Shown in pieces: positions 9,377 to 17,838 of a stretch of 61,185 nucleotides of DNA. How positions within the stretch are numbered: the first letter of the stretch is position 1; the number at the start of each line of letters is the position of its first letter. Source of the DNA: a virus. Its lineage: Duplodnaviria > Caudoviricetes. The DNA lies in IMG/VR virus record IMGVR_UViG_3300010373_000049, positions 1 through 61,185 of that record. One strand, written 5' to 3'. The notes beneath the pieces are model-generated. The model did no database searches. It saw nothing but the letters and a program-made list of their open reading frames with translations, and was not told where the DNA came from. The position numbers and the translations under genes are program-made.

Positions 9377-9805
9377 TCAGGGCAGCACGCCCGGAATCTG
9401 CCCGGCGACCACGTCGCGAAGCTCCGAGTAGTAGAAGACCTCAGCGAACGCTCTGACTAGGTCGCGGTCCTGGTTGAGCGGCTCAGTCCACGGCGTGAAC
9501 CAGTTCTGGTATTCGTAGACGGCGTCCTCGACGGTGCCGTGGTAGTCGGTCGTGACCCGCACCCGATCGGCCGGACCACCGGTACCGAGCAGAATTGACC
9601 ACTGCATGGTTTCGCCCCGTAGGTCGATGGTTTCGCACTCGACGGAGAGCGGCATTTCCTCAATGCGCTCGCGGCACTCTTCGGCCCACGTGTCGTGGTC
9701 GAGCTGCTGGGCGTGGTCTTGGACCCGGAGTAGCTTGGCTATGTCCTCGAAGCGGGAAACGTAGTAGTCACAGGCTTCCTGGTAGGTCTCTTCCTTGGTG
9801 CTCAT
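9377..9805 (-). CDS. hypothetical acidic protein
   Basis: ATG 9805 with AAGGAG RBS directly downstream of a consensus promoter; ILLGTGGPA..Y.YQNWFTPW motif. Confidence 0.65.
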   Translation of the reverse strand: MSTKEETYQEACDYYVSRFEDIAKLLRVQDHAQQLDHDTWAEECRERIEEMPLSVECETIDLRGETMQWSILLGTGGPADRVRVTTDYHGTVEDAVYEYQNWFTPWTEPLNQDRDLVRAFAEVFYYSELRDVVAGQIPGVLP

Positions 9806-9836
9806 GGTGGCTCCTTCGGTCAACGTCATACCCCCT

Positions 9837-9865
9837 AGCATACAGCGATGGTGCTGTATCGTCAA
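9837..9865 (-). promoter_or_regulatory. sigma-A-type promoter with palindromic operator in the spacer
   Basis: minus strand TTGACG-17 nt-TATGCT; palindrome ATACAGC-N6-GCTGTAT at 9840-9859. Confidence 0.75.
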
Positions 9866-10080
9866 GAGGTTTCGGGAGATTCTTTCGACGTGGCCCGCCA
9901 GCCCTTACCAGGCCGGGCACGTGACCAAGCGTCGATGGTCGAAGGCTTCCACAGGTTCAACGGCCCGAGCTTCTTGTCTGGCGCCGGCGCCTGGCCACGT
10001 GCGACATACCCTCGCCAGGTGCTCGACGTGATCCCAAGCCGCTCGGCCACGTCCTCGGCGGTCAGATGACTATTAGCCAC
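9862..10080 (-). CDS. AlpA/MerR-like HTH regulator, probably leaderless
   Basis: LTAEDVAERLGITSSTWRGYVARGQAPAPD...W...ID.W; GTG 7 nt after -10. Confidence 0.75.
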   Translation of the reverse strand: MANSHLTAEDVAERLGITSSTWRGYVARGQAPAPDKKLGPLNLWKPSTIDAWSRARPGKGWRATSKESPETS

Positions 10081-10087
10081 GTGGACC

Positions 10088-10116
10088 AACATACAGCGAA
10101 GCCGCTGCAACGTCCA
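10088..10116 (-). promoter_or_regulatory. promoter with degenerate copy of the same operator
   Basis: minus strand TGGACG-17 nt-TATGTT; imperfect palindrome TACAGCG..CGCTGCA. Confidence 0.6.
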
Positions 10117-10591
10117 GAGTTTCCTTGGCACGTGGAGCAACACTCGAGGAACTAGCCAAACTCCTCGACCTCACCAGGCAACGCATCCAACAGATGCGCC
10201 AGTGAGACCGAACAACGCTCTACCGGCTCTACCGGCTATGCGGCAGACCAACCCAAACGAACCCCTCCTCGACGACTGAGCAGAAACGACACGAAAGACA
10301 GCCTGAGGGGTAGGCGTCTGCGGGGAGCTTGTGAAGGTGGGGTTAGGAGCGGAAATCCCGCGTGTAATCGTGTAACCATCCCAGTACGGATACTTTCCGT
10401 TATCTGTAACTAGTGTCTGACCTGCACTTATCTTGTGCTCACTCCAGCAAGCATCAAGTAAGCACGTCAGAGTGCTAGCCAGCGCCGGCCCAGAGGCACC
10501 AAAGGCCGATCTCGTTACCTTCGAGCTGGACCTGGGATCCCGCTAAGCCCCGAAAATCCCGTTGTCGCGTGTTTGAGCCTTTGGAGGGCTG

Positions 10592-11077
10592 ATGAGCAAC
10601 GTTCAGCCTTTCCGTCGTCGTGAGGCCCAGCCGTATGGGCCGGGGAATCGGGAGTCGGTGAAGCATGGGGCGTTTTCGGCGCGGGTGATTGATGAGAAGT
10701 CGCGTGAGGTTCATGCGGAGTTGATGGCTGCGTGTGTGTGGGTGGATGAGCCGGATGTGGTGGCGGTGGACACGTGGTGTAAGGCGAAGGCCCGTTACGA
10801 CTTGTTGAACGATTGGGTGATGTCGATTGCGTTGGGGGAGCGCGATGTGGTGACGAAGCGGGGGATTTTGTCTGGGGTTGATGCGGTGCCGGCGTATTTG
10901 TGGGGTGAGGTGTCGAAGGCGGAGTCGAATCTGATGAAGGCGACGGAGTCGTTGGGGTTGGACCCGACTGGTCGTGCGCGGTTGATGAAGGATTTGGGGA
11001 TGGCGAAGCATTTCGCTGCTGATGGGGTGCGCGAGTTGGTGTCGCGTGGGCGGGAGTTGCGTCGGGGTTCTGTTTGA
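10592..11077 (+). CDS. terS: terminase small subunit
   Basis: GN..S.KHGAFS N-terminus, LGLDPTGRARL C-terminus; upstream of TerL; GGAGG RBS. Confidence 0.8.
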   Translation: MSNVQPFRRREAQPYGPGNRESVKHGAFSARVIDEKSREVHAELMAACVWVDEPDVVAVDTWCKAKARYDLLNDWVMSIALGERDVVTKRGILSGVDAVPAYLWGEVSKAESNLMKATESLGLDPTGRARLMKDLGMAKHFAADGVRELVSRGRELRRGSV

Positions 11078-11289
11078 CCTGGTCGGAGATTCCGCAGGCC
11101 GTCCCGGCGCGTGCGGTGAGGCCGAACAGACACCAGATCATTGTGCGAGGCACGGAGCACACTGTTGTGCGCCGCTCGTACACGTCGGCGAAGCCGGACC
11201 GGATCACTTTCGGGTTGGAGCACGAGCAGGACGTTGAGGTGGCTCTGGACGATTACCTGCGATGCTTCGTCCTCGTTGTTGACCTGTGA
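11074..11289 (+). CDS. small hypothetical protein between terminase subunits
   Basis: TTGA and GTGA overlaps with both neighbours. Confidence 0.5.
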   Translation: MTWSEIPQAVPARAVRPNRHQIIVRGTEHTVVRRSYTSAKPDRITFGLEHEQDVEVALDDYLRCFVLVVDL

Positions 11290-12887
11290 GCGACGCGGCG
11301 TTGGACCTCATGTGGGCGTTGCGCCTCGAGGACGGCCGCTGTTGGGGTGAGCAGGCTGTCGACGAGCAGAAGGCGGACGCGGAGGCGATCATCGGTGGGG
11401 GGGTCGGCCCTCACCGCCATTTTTGTACCCGGCCTCGTGGCGGGTCGAAGACGACGGACCTTGCGGGGGTGGCGTTGTCGTGGTTGGCGGTTGACGCCCC
11501 GTTGCGTGCCCGCGGGTATGTGGTGGCGTCGAACGGTGAGCAGGCCGGGATTCTGATCGACGCCGCGGCGTCGCTGGTGGCCCGCACGCCGGAGATCGAC
11601 GGGCTGTTGACGGTCGAGAACGAGAAGATCGTCGCCCCGAACGGTGCGTGGATTCGCATCCTGAACCTGTCCGATTCGGGCGCGTGGGGGCTCAGGGACG
11701 CCCACCTGTTGATCTTGGACGAGTTCGCCCAGTGGCCCGAGACACGTGGCGCAAAAAGGGTTTACACGGCGGTCCGCACGACGGTCCAGAAGACGCCGGG
11801 GTGCCGCCTGGTGATCCTGACATCGGCGGGCGAGCCGTCGCACTGGTCGCACGAGATTTACCGTTCCGCCCAGGACGACGACACGTGGCGGGTGTCGGAG
11901 ATGCCGGGCCCGGTCCCATGGCAGGACCCGAAAGAGATCGACGCCCTGCGCCGGGAGCTGCGCCCGTCGGAGTTCGACCGGCTGGTGTTGAACGTGTGGT
12001 CGGAGGACGAGGACCGGGCGATCTCCCCCGAGGATTACGACATCGCGGCCCGCAAACCGGTTGCCACGTCTGTGGCGCCCGTCGGGTTGACCGGCGGCGG
12101 CTGGACCCTCCGATACCCGCGTGCGGGCGTCAAGTACGTGATCACGGTGGACATCGGCACGAAGAATGACGCCACGGTGATGGTCGTCGCCCACTCCGAA
12201 CCTGTCGACCCTGCTATCCCACGTGGCGCACAGAAAGCGGTCGTGGACCACCTGGAACGCTGGCGTGGGTCCCGCAAACGTCCGGTGCAACTGGCGGACG
12301 TGGAGGAATGGCTGGCCGCCCAAGCCCCGAGATGGAACCGGGCGGAGGTCCACGCCGACCCCGACCAGTTCGTCGGGTCGTTACAAAACCTGAACCGCCG
12401 ACGGGTCAAAGCGCACGAGTTCACTTTCTCGGCCACGTCGGTCGGCCAGGTCGCCACAGCCTTGGTGCAAGCGTTCCGTAACCGGCAGGTCGAGATCCCC
12501 GATAACGCGGCGCTGAAAGAGGAACTGTTGCGTGTCCGCCTGCGCGAGACCGCCCCGGGGGTCACAAGGTTGGATCACGACAAGAACGGCCACGACGACC
12601 AGGCGGTCACCATCGGCATGGCCTGCCACCTGCTTCTCGCCGGCACCGCCTCCCCTTCGGCGGCGTTCGTGGAGATGATGAAACGCAAGATCGCGGAACG
12701 CGAAACGAACCCGAGTGCCACCCAGGACCGCCAGACAGCCCGGTTCAACAAGCAGCTCGCCGCGGCACGTGGCAGACCGCAACGGGCGCGTGAGCGGGCC
12801 CAGAAGGTTTGCCAGCACCGTTGGAGGCCCTCGACGAACGAGTGCGCCTACGGGTGCGGGGCCGTCCGCGACGACGTAGCCAGCTAA
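11286..12887 (+). CDS. terL: terminase large subunit
   Basis: Walker A RPRGGSKTT, Walker B LLILDE, LTSAG coupling motif, nuclease VDIG and HDD. Confidence 0.9.
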   Translation: MSDAALDLMWALRLEDGRCWGEQAVDEQKADAEAIIGGGVGPHRHFCTRPRGGSKTTDLAGVALSWLAVDAPLRARGYVVASNGEQAGILIDAAASLVARTPEIDGLLTVENEKIVAPNGAWIRILNLSDSGAWGLRDAHLLILDEFAQWPETRGAKRVYTAVRTTVQKTPGCRLVILTSAGEPSHWSHEIYRSAQDDDTWRVSEMPGPVPWQDPKEIDALRRELRPSEFDRLVLNVWSEDEDRAISPEDYDIAARKPVATSVAPVGLTGGGWTLRYPRAGVKYVITVDIGTKNDATVMVVAHSEPVDPAIPRGAQKAVVDHLERWRGSRKRPVQLADVEEWLAAQAPRWNRAEVHADPDQFVGSLQNLNRRRVKAHEFTFSATSVGQVATALVQAFRNRQVEIPDNAALKEELLRVRLRETAPGVTRLDHDKNGHDDQAVTIGMACHLLLAGTASPSAAFVEMMKRKIAERETNPSATQDRQTARFNKQLAAARGRPQRARERAQKVCQHRWRPSTNECAYGCGAVRDDVAS

Positions 12888-12906
12888 GCCGAGGAGGCAC
12901 AACCGT

Positions 12907-15900
12907 ATGCGTTTGCCGATCCTCGGTCGCCCGCGCCCGTTAGACCCCGAACAGAAAACGCGCCTGGTCGAAACCGCGGTCAAGGTGGCACGCGACCCGC
13001 GTCTGCTCGGAACTTTGGAGCCGTCGGACCGCAACCGGGTCGACGAACTTTCCAAAGCTCTAGGGAACGCGCACGCGTCGTTCAACGGTCCACGTGCCTC
13101 ACGCCAACCGCGCCCAATCTCAGCCCAGGCTCTCGCTCAGCGTGCCGCCGCGTCGCTGCAACCGTCGTCGTCGATCACACCCGCCGATATCGAAGCGGCC
13201 ATGCTCGCCCAAGGGCTCGACATGGTCGCCCCGTTCGCCCCCGGCAGCCCCTTAACGCCGTACTACGGGTACGGGCGCCAGCCGCGCATCTTCGATTACG
13301 AGATCGCGCGGAACACGACCACCCAAACACGCCCGGACCGCATCCCCTTCGACACGCTCCTGCACCTGTGGAAAGCGTACGACGTGGCCCAGGCGTGCAC
13401 CCGCTACTCCATCAACGACCTGCGCTCCATGCGGATCAGGTTCACGGCGATGGAAGGCCACGAGGACAACCCGGTCAAAGAGATCGCCGAGGCCAAAAGG
13501 TTCCTTCGTAAGCCGGACGGCAAAAGGTTCTTCCGTAACTGGTTGGCGATCAACCAGCGCAACCTGTGGATCTTCGACTCCGCACCCATCTACCGGTACA
13601 AGGTCCGCGGGAAACTGGACCGGCTCATCAACGTCTCGGCGATGACGATCGCCCCGATGATCGACTACTACGGTGACATCCCCGAAGGCGCCGCCCCCGC
13701 CTACCAGCAGTTCATCGAGGGCGTCCCGTGGGACTGGTTGAACGCCGAAGACATCATCTACGAGCCGTTCTGGCCCGAAACCGACTCCCCCTATGGGACG
13801 CCTCCGTTGGAGACGGTGCTCGTCAACGCGAACACCGACCTGCGGCTGCAAATGTACTTCCTCGACTTCTTCACGAAGGGTGCGATCCCCGAGATGATCG
13901 CGATCGCCCCGGAGGGCATGACCGACCCGGACGCGATCGCCGAGCTTGAGGAAACGTACGACGCGTGGACCCAAGGGGACCAGGCGGAACGGTGGGGTTT
14001 GCGTTGGTTGCCGAACGGCACCGAACTCGAACCGTACAAGCCCGACCATTTCGACCCGGACCTCGCCGAGTACGTGATGCGGCGCACCGTCGCCGCGTAC
14101 GGGCTCACCCCCCAGAACTTGGGCATCCTCGACGATGTAAATAGGGCCACATCGGACACCCAAACCGACCAGCAGTTCCGTGTGTCCACCCTGCCGGTTG
14201 TTGGCTACTACGAGGACCTGCTCGACGCCGTGTTACAGGACGACCTGTCGCTGCCGGTCCAGGTGCGTTTCGACACCGGACGGGAGAAAGAGGACCGTCT
14301 GACCGAGGCGAAAGCCTGGTATGTGGCGTGGCAGATGGGTGCCGTGTCCTCCGACGAGTACCGCGACAAGGTGATGGGACTCCCGATAGACCTGGAGAAC
14401 CCCAACCCGCGCACCGTCGACTCGCAACGGTTGGGTCCCGTGCCCCTGTCGTACCCGCAGGAGATTTCCGGGCCGATCAACCCGCTCACGTTCTCACCCT
14501 CGGAGAAACCGGAGCATTACCGCGATTACGTGGTCCCCGGGTCGAACAACCCCGACCCGATAGAGGCCGCGAACGGTCAGGACGAGGCGGCGTTGCCGGT
14601 GGCCGGCAACCCAAAAGCCCAAGCCCCGCAGGGGGCGTCTCGGCAAGGCAGCAGCGCCGCCAGCAAAGAAGCCAGGCCCGGGCAGATGCCCGGCGCACCG
14701 GAACCCAACGCGGTAGCCAACCCCGAAGGACCACAAAACCCTGACGAGGTTGGTTACGGGTGGTTCGACTCGCAAGGGTCGGCCGCGCAAGGCACGGCGG
14801 CGATCCGCGAACGTGACGACCTGACCAAATGGAGGGCGAACGCACGCAAAGCGGTAGCCAAGGGCAAAGCCCCCCGGCGGTTCGCTGATTCGGCGATCCG
14901 CTCGGGTGTTGAGGCACGCGTCTGGGAGGCGCTGAAAGGTGCCAGGTCGCGCGAGGACGTGGACTGGGCGTTCAAGACGGCACAACCCCAAGCTGCCGGT
15001 GTTGTGGTCCAAGCGGCGGACACCGGTCGTGTGCTGATGGTGCAGCGCACCCCCGACAAGCACGACCCGCAAGAGGCGTACGCCCGATGGGAGTGGCCGG
15101 GCGGCAAGCTCGACCACGACGGCGACACCCCCTGGTCTGGTGGTCTGCGCGAATGGTCCGAAGAGACCGGGGCTCAACTGCCCGACTCTTTTGAGCACGT
15201 GGGGAACTGGACCTCACCTGACGGTGTGTACGTCGGATTCGTCGTCACCGCCCCCACCGAGACGGACATCAACCTGGACCCGGACGGGTCCGAGGTGTCG
15301 AACGCCCGCTGGTGGGACAAGGCCGACCTCGACGACCCGGAAGTGCGCGACAAGGTTACCGATACGTTGGACCGTGTGACCCCCCTCCTGAAAGGTTGGG
15401 CAGACCAACCCCGCGGCAAGGGCGCCAAGTGGCGCACCCAGGCGCATGTGGACTGGGAGCAGTTCCACCGTCACACCGACCGGATAGTCGAACATTACGC
15501 ACCGCTCGTCCAAGAGGCGATGGCGCACGTGGTCGACCCTGTTGCGATACGCCAAGCGTTGGACGACGCGTACACCCGGCCGGCGAAGATCACCAAGGCC
15601 GCCGCCCACTACCGGCCGGCGACCCTGCCGGGCGTGAACTGCCACGAGTGCACGTTCATGCACCCAGACGGGACGTGCACCAAAGTGAAAGGCAAAGTCG
15701 CCGCGGACCACGTGTGCGACCTGTTCCAAGCGGACACCGCCGAAAAGGCATTGGGCGACGCGTGGCGCACCCTCCTCGCCAGCGCACAGCGGGCCGTGCA
15801 GGCACTCAGGGACGTGCTGGCACGAATCTACGGCGACGGGTACATGCAAGGCTCCCATGAGGCCGCGCAAGCGTCCGGTGGGGAAATGCCGCCGTGGACG

Positions 15901-16395
15901 GCGACGGTCGCTGCGAACGTCGACTGGGGCACGTGGAACCCCGGACTCGGTGACGCAGCAGCCAAAGTCGCCAACGGTGGGCTCGCACAACTGCTCACGG
16001 AACGTGACATTTGGATCAAGGACATCACCGACACCCAGGTCGGCCGGATCGGCGACGCAATAGCCGAAGGCATCCGTGAGGGGTTCCCTGTCCGCAAAGT
16101 GCAGGCCGAGATCGACCAGATCGTGAACGACGCCGACCGTGCCTACCTAGTGGCCGAAACTGAGTACGCGAGGGCTGTGGGACAGGCGGCGATGGACACG
16201 TACAGGTTGAACAACGTTCCCGAGTTGACCTGGTTGGCCGAGCCGACAGCTTGCCCACGTTGCAAGGAAAACGAGGCGGCGTCGCCGCAGCCGACGGTGA
16301 ACCCGCAGTGGCCGAACGGCCCGATCCCCGTGCACCCCCACGAAAGGTGCGCCGTGGCCCCGCTGATCCGAGTCCCGACTAGGAGAACCACGTGA
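12907..16395 (+). CDS. portal protein fused to NUDIX hydrolase, HiPIP-like 4-Cys domain and MuF/gp7-like head morphogenesis domain
   Basis: portal motifs (YGTPPLE, FFTKGAIP, AAYGLTPQNLG, NRATS); NUDIX box GGKLDHDGDTPWSGGLREWSEETG; CxxC-x8-C-x12-C; MuF C-terminus ETEYARA..W..CPRC..PVHPHERC. Confidence 0.85.
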   Translation: MRLPILGRPRPLDPEQKTRLVETAVKVARDPRLLGTLEPSDRNRVDELSKALGNAHASFNGPRASRQPRPISAQALAQRAAASLQPSSSITPADIEAAMLAQGLDMVAPFAPGSPLTPYYGYGRQPRIFDYEIARNTTTQTRPDRIPFDTLLHLWKAYDVAQACTRYSINDLRSMRIRFTAMEGHEDNPVKEIAEAKRFLRKPDGKRFFRNWLAINQRNLWIFDSAPIYRYKVRGKLDRLINVSAMTIAPMIDYYGDIPEGAAPAYQQFIEGVPWDWLNAEDIIYEPFWPETDSPYGTPPLETVLVNANTDLRLQMYFLDFFTKGAIPEMIAIAPEGMTDPDAIAELEETYDAWTQGDQAERWGLRWLPNGTELEPYKPDHFDPDLAEYVMRRTVAAYGLTPQNLGILDDVNRATSDTQTDQQFRVSTLPVVGYYEDLLDAVLQDDLSLPVQVRFDTGREKEDRLTEAKAWYVAWQMGAVSSDEYRDKVMGLPIDLENPNPRTVDSQRLGPVPLSYPQEISGPINPLTFSPSEKPEHYRDYVVPGSNNPDPIEAANGQDEAALPVAGNPKAQAPQGASRQGSSAASKEARPGQMPGAPEPNAVANPEGPQNPDEVGYGWFDSQGSAAQGTAAIRERDDLTKWRANARKAVAKGKAPRRFADSAIRSGVEARVWEALKGARSREDVDWAFKTAQPQAAGVVVQAADTGRVLMVQRTPDKHDPQEAYARWEWPGGKLDHDGDTPWSGGLREWSEETGAQLPDSFEHVGNWTSPDGVYVGFVVTAPTETDINLDPDGSEVSNARWWDKADLDDPEVRDKVTDTLDRVTPLLKGWADQPRGKGAKWRTQAHVDWEQFHRHTDRIVEHYAPLVQEAMAHVVDPVAIRQALDDAYTRPAKITKAAAHYRPATLPGVNCHECTFMHPDGTCTKVKGKVAADHVCDLFQADTAEKALGDAWRTLLASAQRAVQALRDVLARIYGDGYMQGSHEAAQASGGEMPPWTATVAANVDWGTWNPGLGDAAAKVANGGLAQLLTERDIWIKDITDTQVGRIGDAIAEGIREGFPVRKVQAEIDQIVNDADRAYLVAETEYARAVGQAAMDTYRLNNVPELTWLAEPTACPRCKENEAASPQPTVNPQWPNGPIPVHPHERCAVAPLIRVPTRRTT

Positions 16396-16727
16396 TCGTC
16401 GCGATGGACATGGACGGGACGATCGGCGCGGACCCCGAGTATTACCGGTCCGAGATGCGCGGTCTCATGGACCGTGGACATCAGGTTCACGTGCTCACCG
16501 GCAACCCGCAAGCACAGCACGCGCTCGCCCAGTTGGGGATGGTCAAAGGCCGCGACTTCACTCACGTAGCCGTTGTCCCGGAGAAGCACATAAGCCGGTT
16601 CAAGGTGGCCTACATGCGCCACGTCGGCGCCACACACCTGGTCGACAATCGCCGCAAGAACGTGAAGGCAGCGCAGAAGGCCGGGTTCACCGCCCACCAC
16701 CACATGAGTCCGAAGAGGGAAGACTGA
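16392..16727 (+). CDS. HAD-superfamily hydrolase (capless)
   Basis: MIVAMDMDGT motif I, LTG motif II, conserved K, VDN motif IV. Confidence 0.75.
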   Translation: MIVAMDMDGTIGADPEYYRSEMRGLMDRGHQVHVLTGNPQAQHALAQLGMVKGRDFTHVAVVPEKHISRFKVAYMRHVGATHLVDNRRKNVKAAQKAGFTAHHHMSPKRED

Positions 16728-17083
16728 TGGCGACACGCGCAACGTTGGCAACAATCGTGGCGGGCACCGCCGTCACCGCCGAGAAGATTCTCTCCTTGAG
16801 CACGTTCGCGGTGGAGACGGTCGTGGTCGGCATCACCGTGACCGCCGTGTCCGGCACGTCCCCCACCCTCAACGCCTACCTCGAAGTGTTGGGGTCGGAC
16901 AACGTGTGGTACCAGGTGTGGAAAACCGGGTCGAACATCACCGCCGCAGGCCAAACGGTCGCCGTGGTCGGGCCGATCTCGTCCACGAACCCTGCCGCGT
17001 GGACCAACAGCGGCCGCCTGCGGCTCGAGGTTGGCGGCACCACCCCGTCGTTCACTCTGTCCGCCACGGTGTTCGGCAACTGA
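16727..17083 (+). CDS. small beta-rich putative virion (decoration-like) protein
   Basis: Thr/Val-rich; VTAVSGTSPTL..LRL..GGTTPSFT. Confidence 0.55.
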   Translation: MATRATLATIVAGTAVTAEKILSLSTFAVETVVVGITVTAVSGTSPTLNAYLEVLGSDNVWYQVWKTGSNITAAGQTVAVVGPISSTNPAAWTNSGRLRLEVGGTTPSFTLSATVFGN

Positions 17084-17256
17084 CATGGGGTTCAACCCTT
17101 CGCGCCGTCTGAAGCGCACCGCGATGCGCGCCTACGGGTGGACGGGCGACGACCCGAAATCCGGCCGGAAGCGCGGGTTGGCGAGAGCCAACGCTGAGCG
17201 CAACGTGGCACTCGCCAAGCGCGCTCTCGGCACTCGCGCAGGGAAGTGAGCCGGAG

Positions 17257-17838
17257 ATGTGCGCGAGTTGCGGGTGCCGGCAGCCAACCCAACGCCATCC
17301 TGGCGCCGCGTCGATCACCTGGCAGGACATTGAGGCAGCGGCAGACGACGCACATCTAACACCCGAGCAGGCGGCAGAGAACATGGTCGACGCAGTGCAC
17401 CAAATGATGTCCAAGGCGACTGTCGTACGGAAGTCCGACGAGTCCCGGTTCCTGCTAATGGTCGGCTACTCGCCGAACCGTATGCCGCTCAAAGGTGCGG
17501 ACGGGTACGTGGACATCGCCTCCCCGGACCTGATCGAGAAAGCCTGCTGGCGGTTCATGGCGAACGGTGCGGGCGCGGGGCTGATGCACAAGGCTGGCGG
17601 CGAGAACGCGTTCCGGGTGGTCGAAAACAGTGTGTATCGGGGGCCTGATTGGACGTTCATCGCAGCGGACGGGTCGGAGCAGACCATCCGTAAGGGCGAC
17701 TGGCTGATCGGGGTCATCGCATCTCCCGAAGTGTGGGAGGACTACAAGAAAGGCGTCTACGGCTCCGGGTCGTTGCAGGGTTCCGCGAAACGGATGGACC
17801 CCCGACCGGAGACCCTGGCAAGACAGAGGAGTAGCTGA
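17257..17838 (+). CDS. XkdF-like putative prohead protease
   Basis: D..S...IEKACWRFM...GLMH..VVE..IRKGDWLIG..VWE..KKG...S..G. Confidence 0.75.
   Translation: MCASCGCRQPTQRHPGAASITWQDIEAAADDAHLTPEQAAENMVDAVHQMMSKATVVRKSDESRFLLMVGYSPNRMPLKGADGYVDIASPDLIEKACWRFMANGAGAGLMHKAGGENAFRVVENSVYRGPDWTFIAADGSEQTIRKGDWLIGVIASPEVWEDYKKGVYGSGSLQGSAKRMDPRPETLARQRSS

Noticed and set aside
9842-9857. LexA SOS box
   Set aside because: The arrangement is ACAG-N8-CTGT, the inverse of the proteobacterial CTGT-N8-ACAG, and unlike the actinobacterial GAAC-N4-GTTC; treated as a phage operator.
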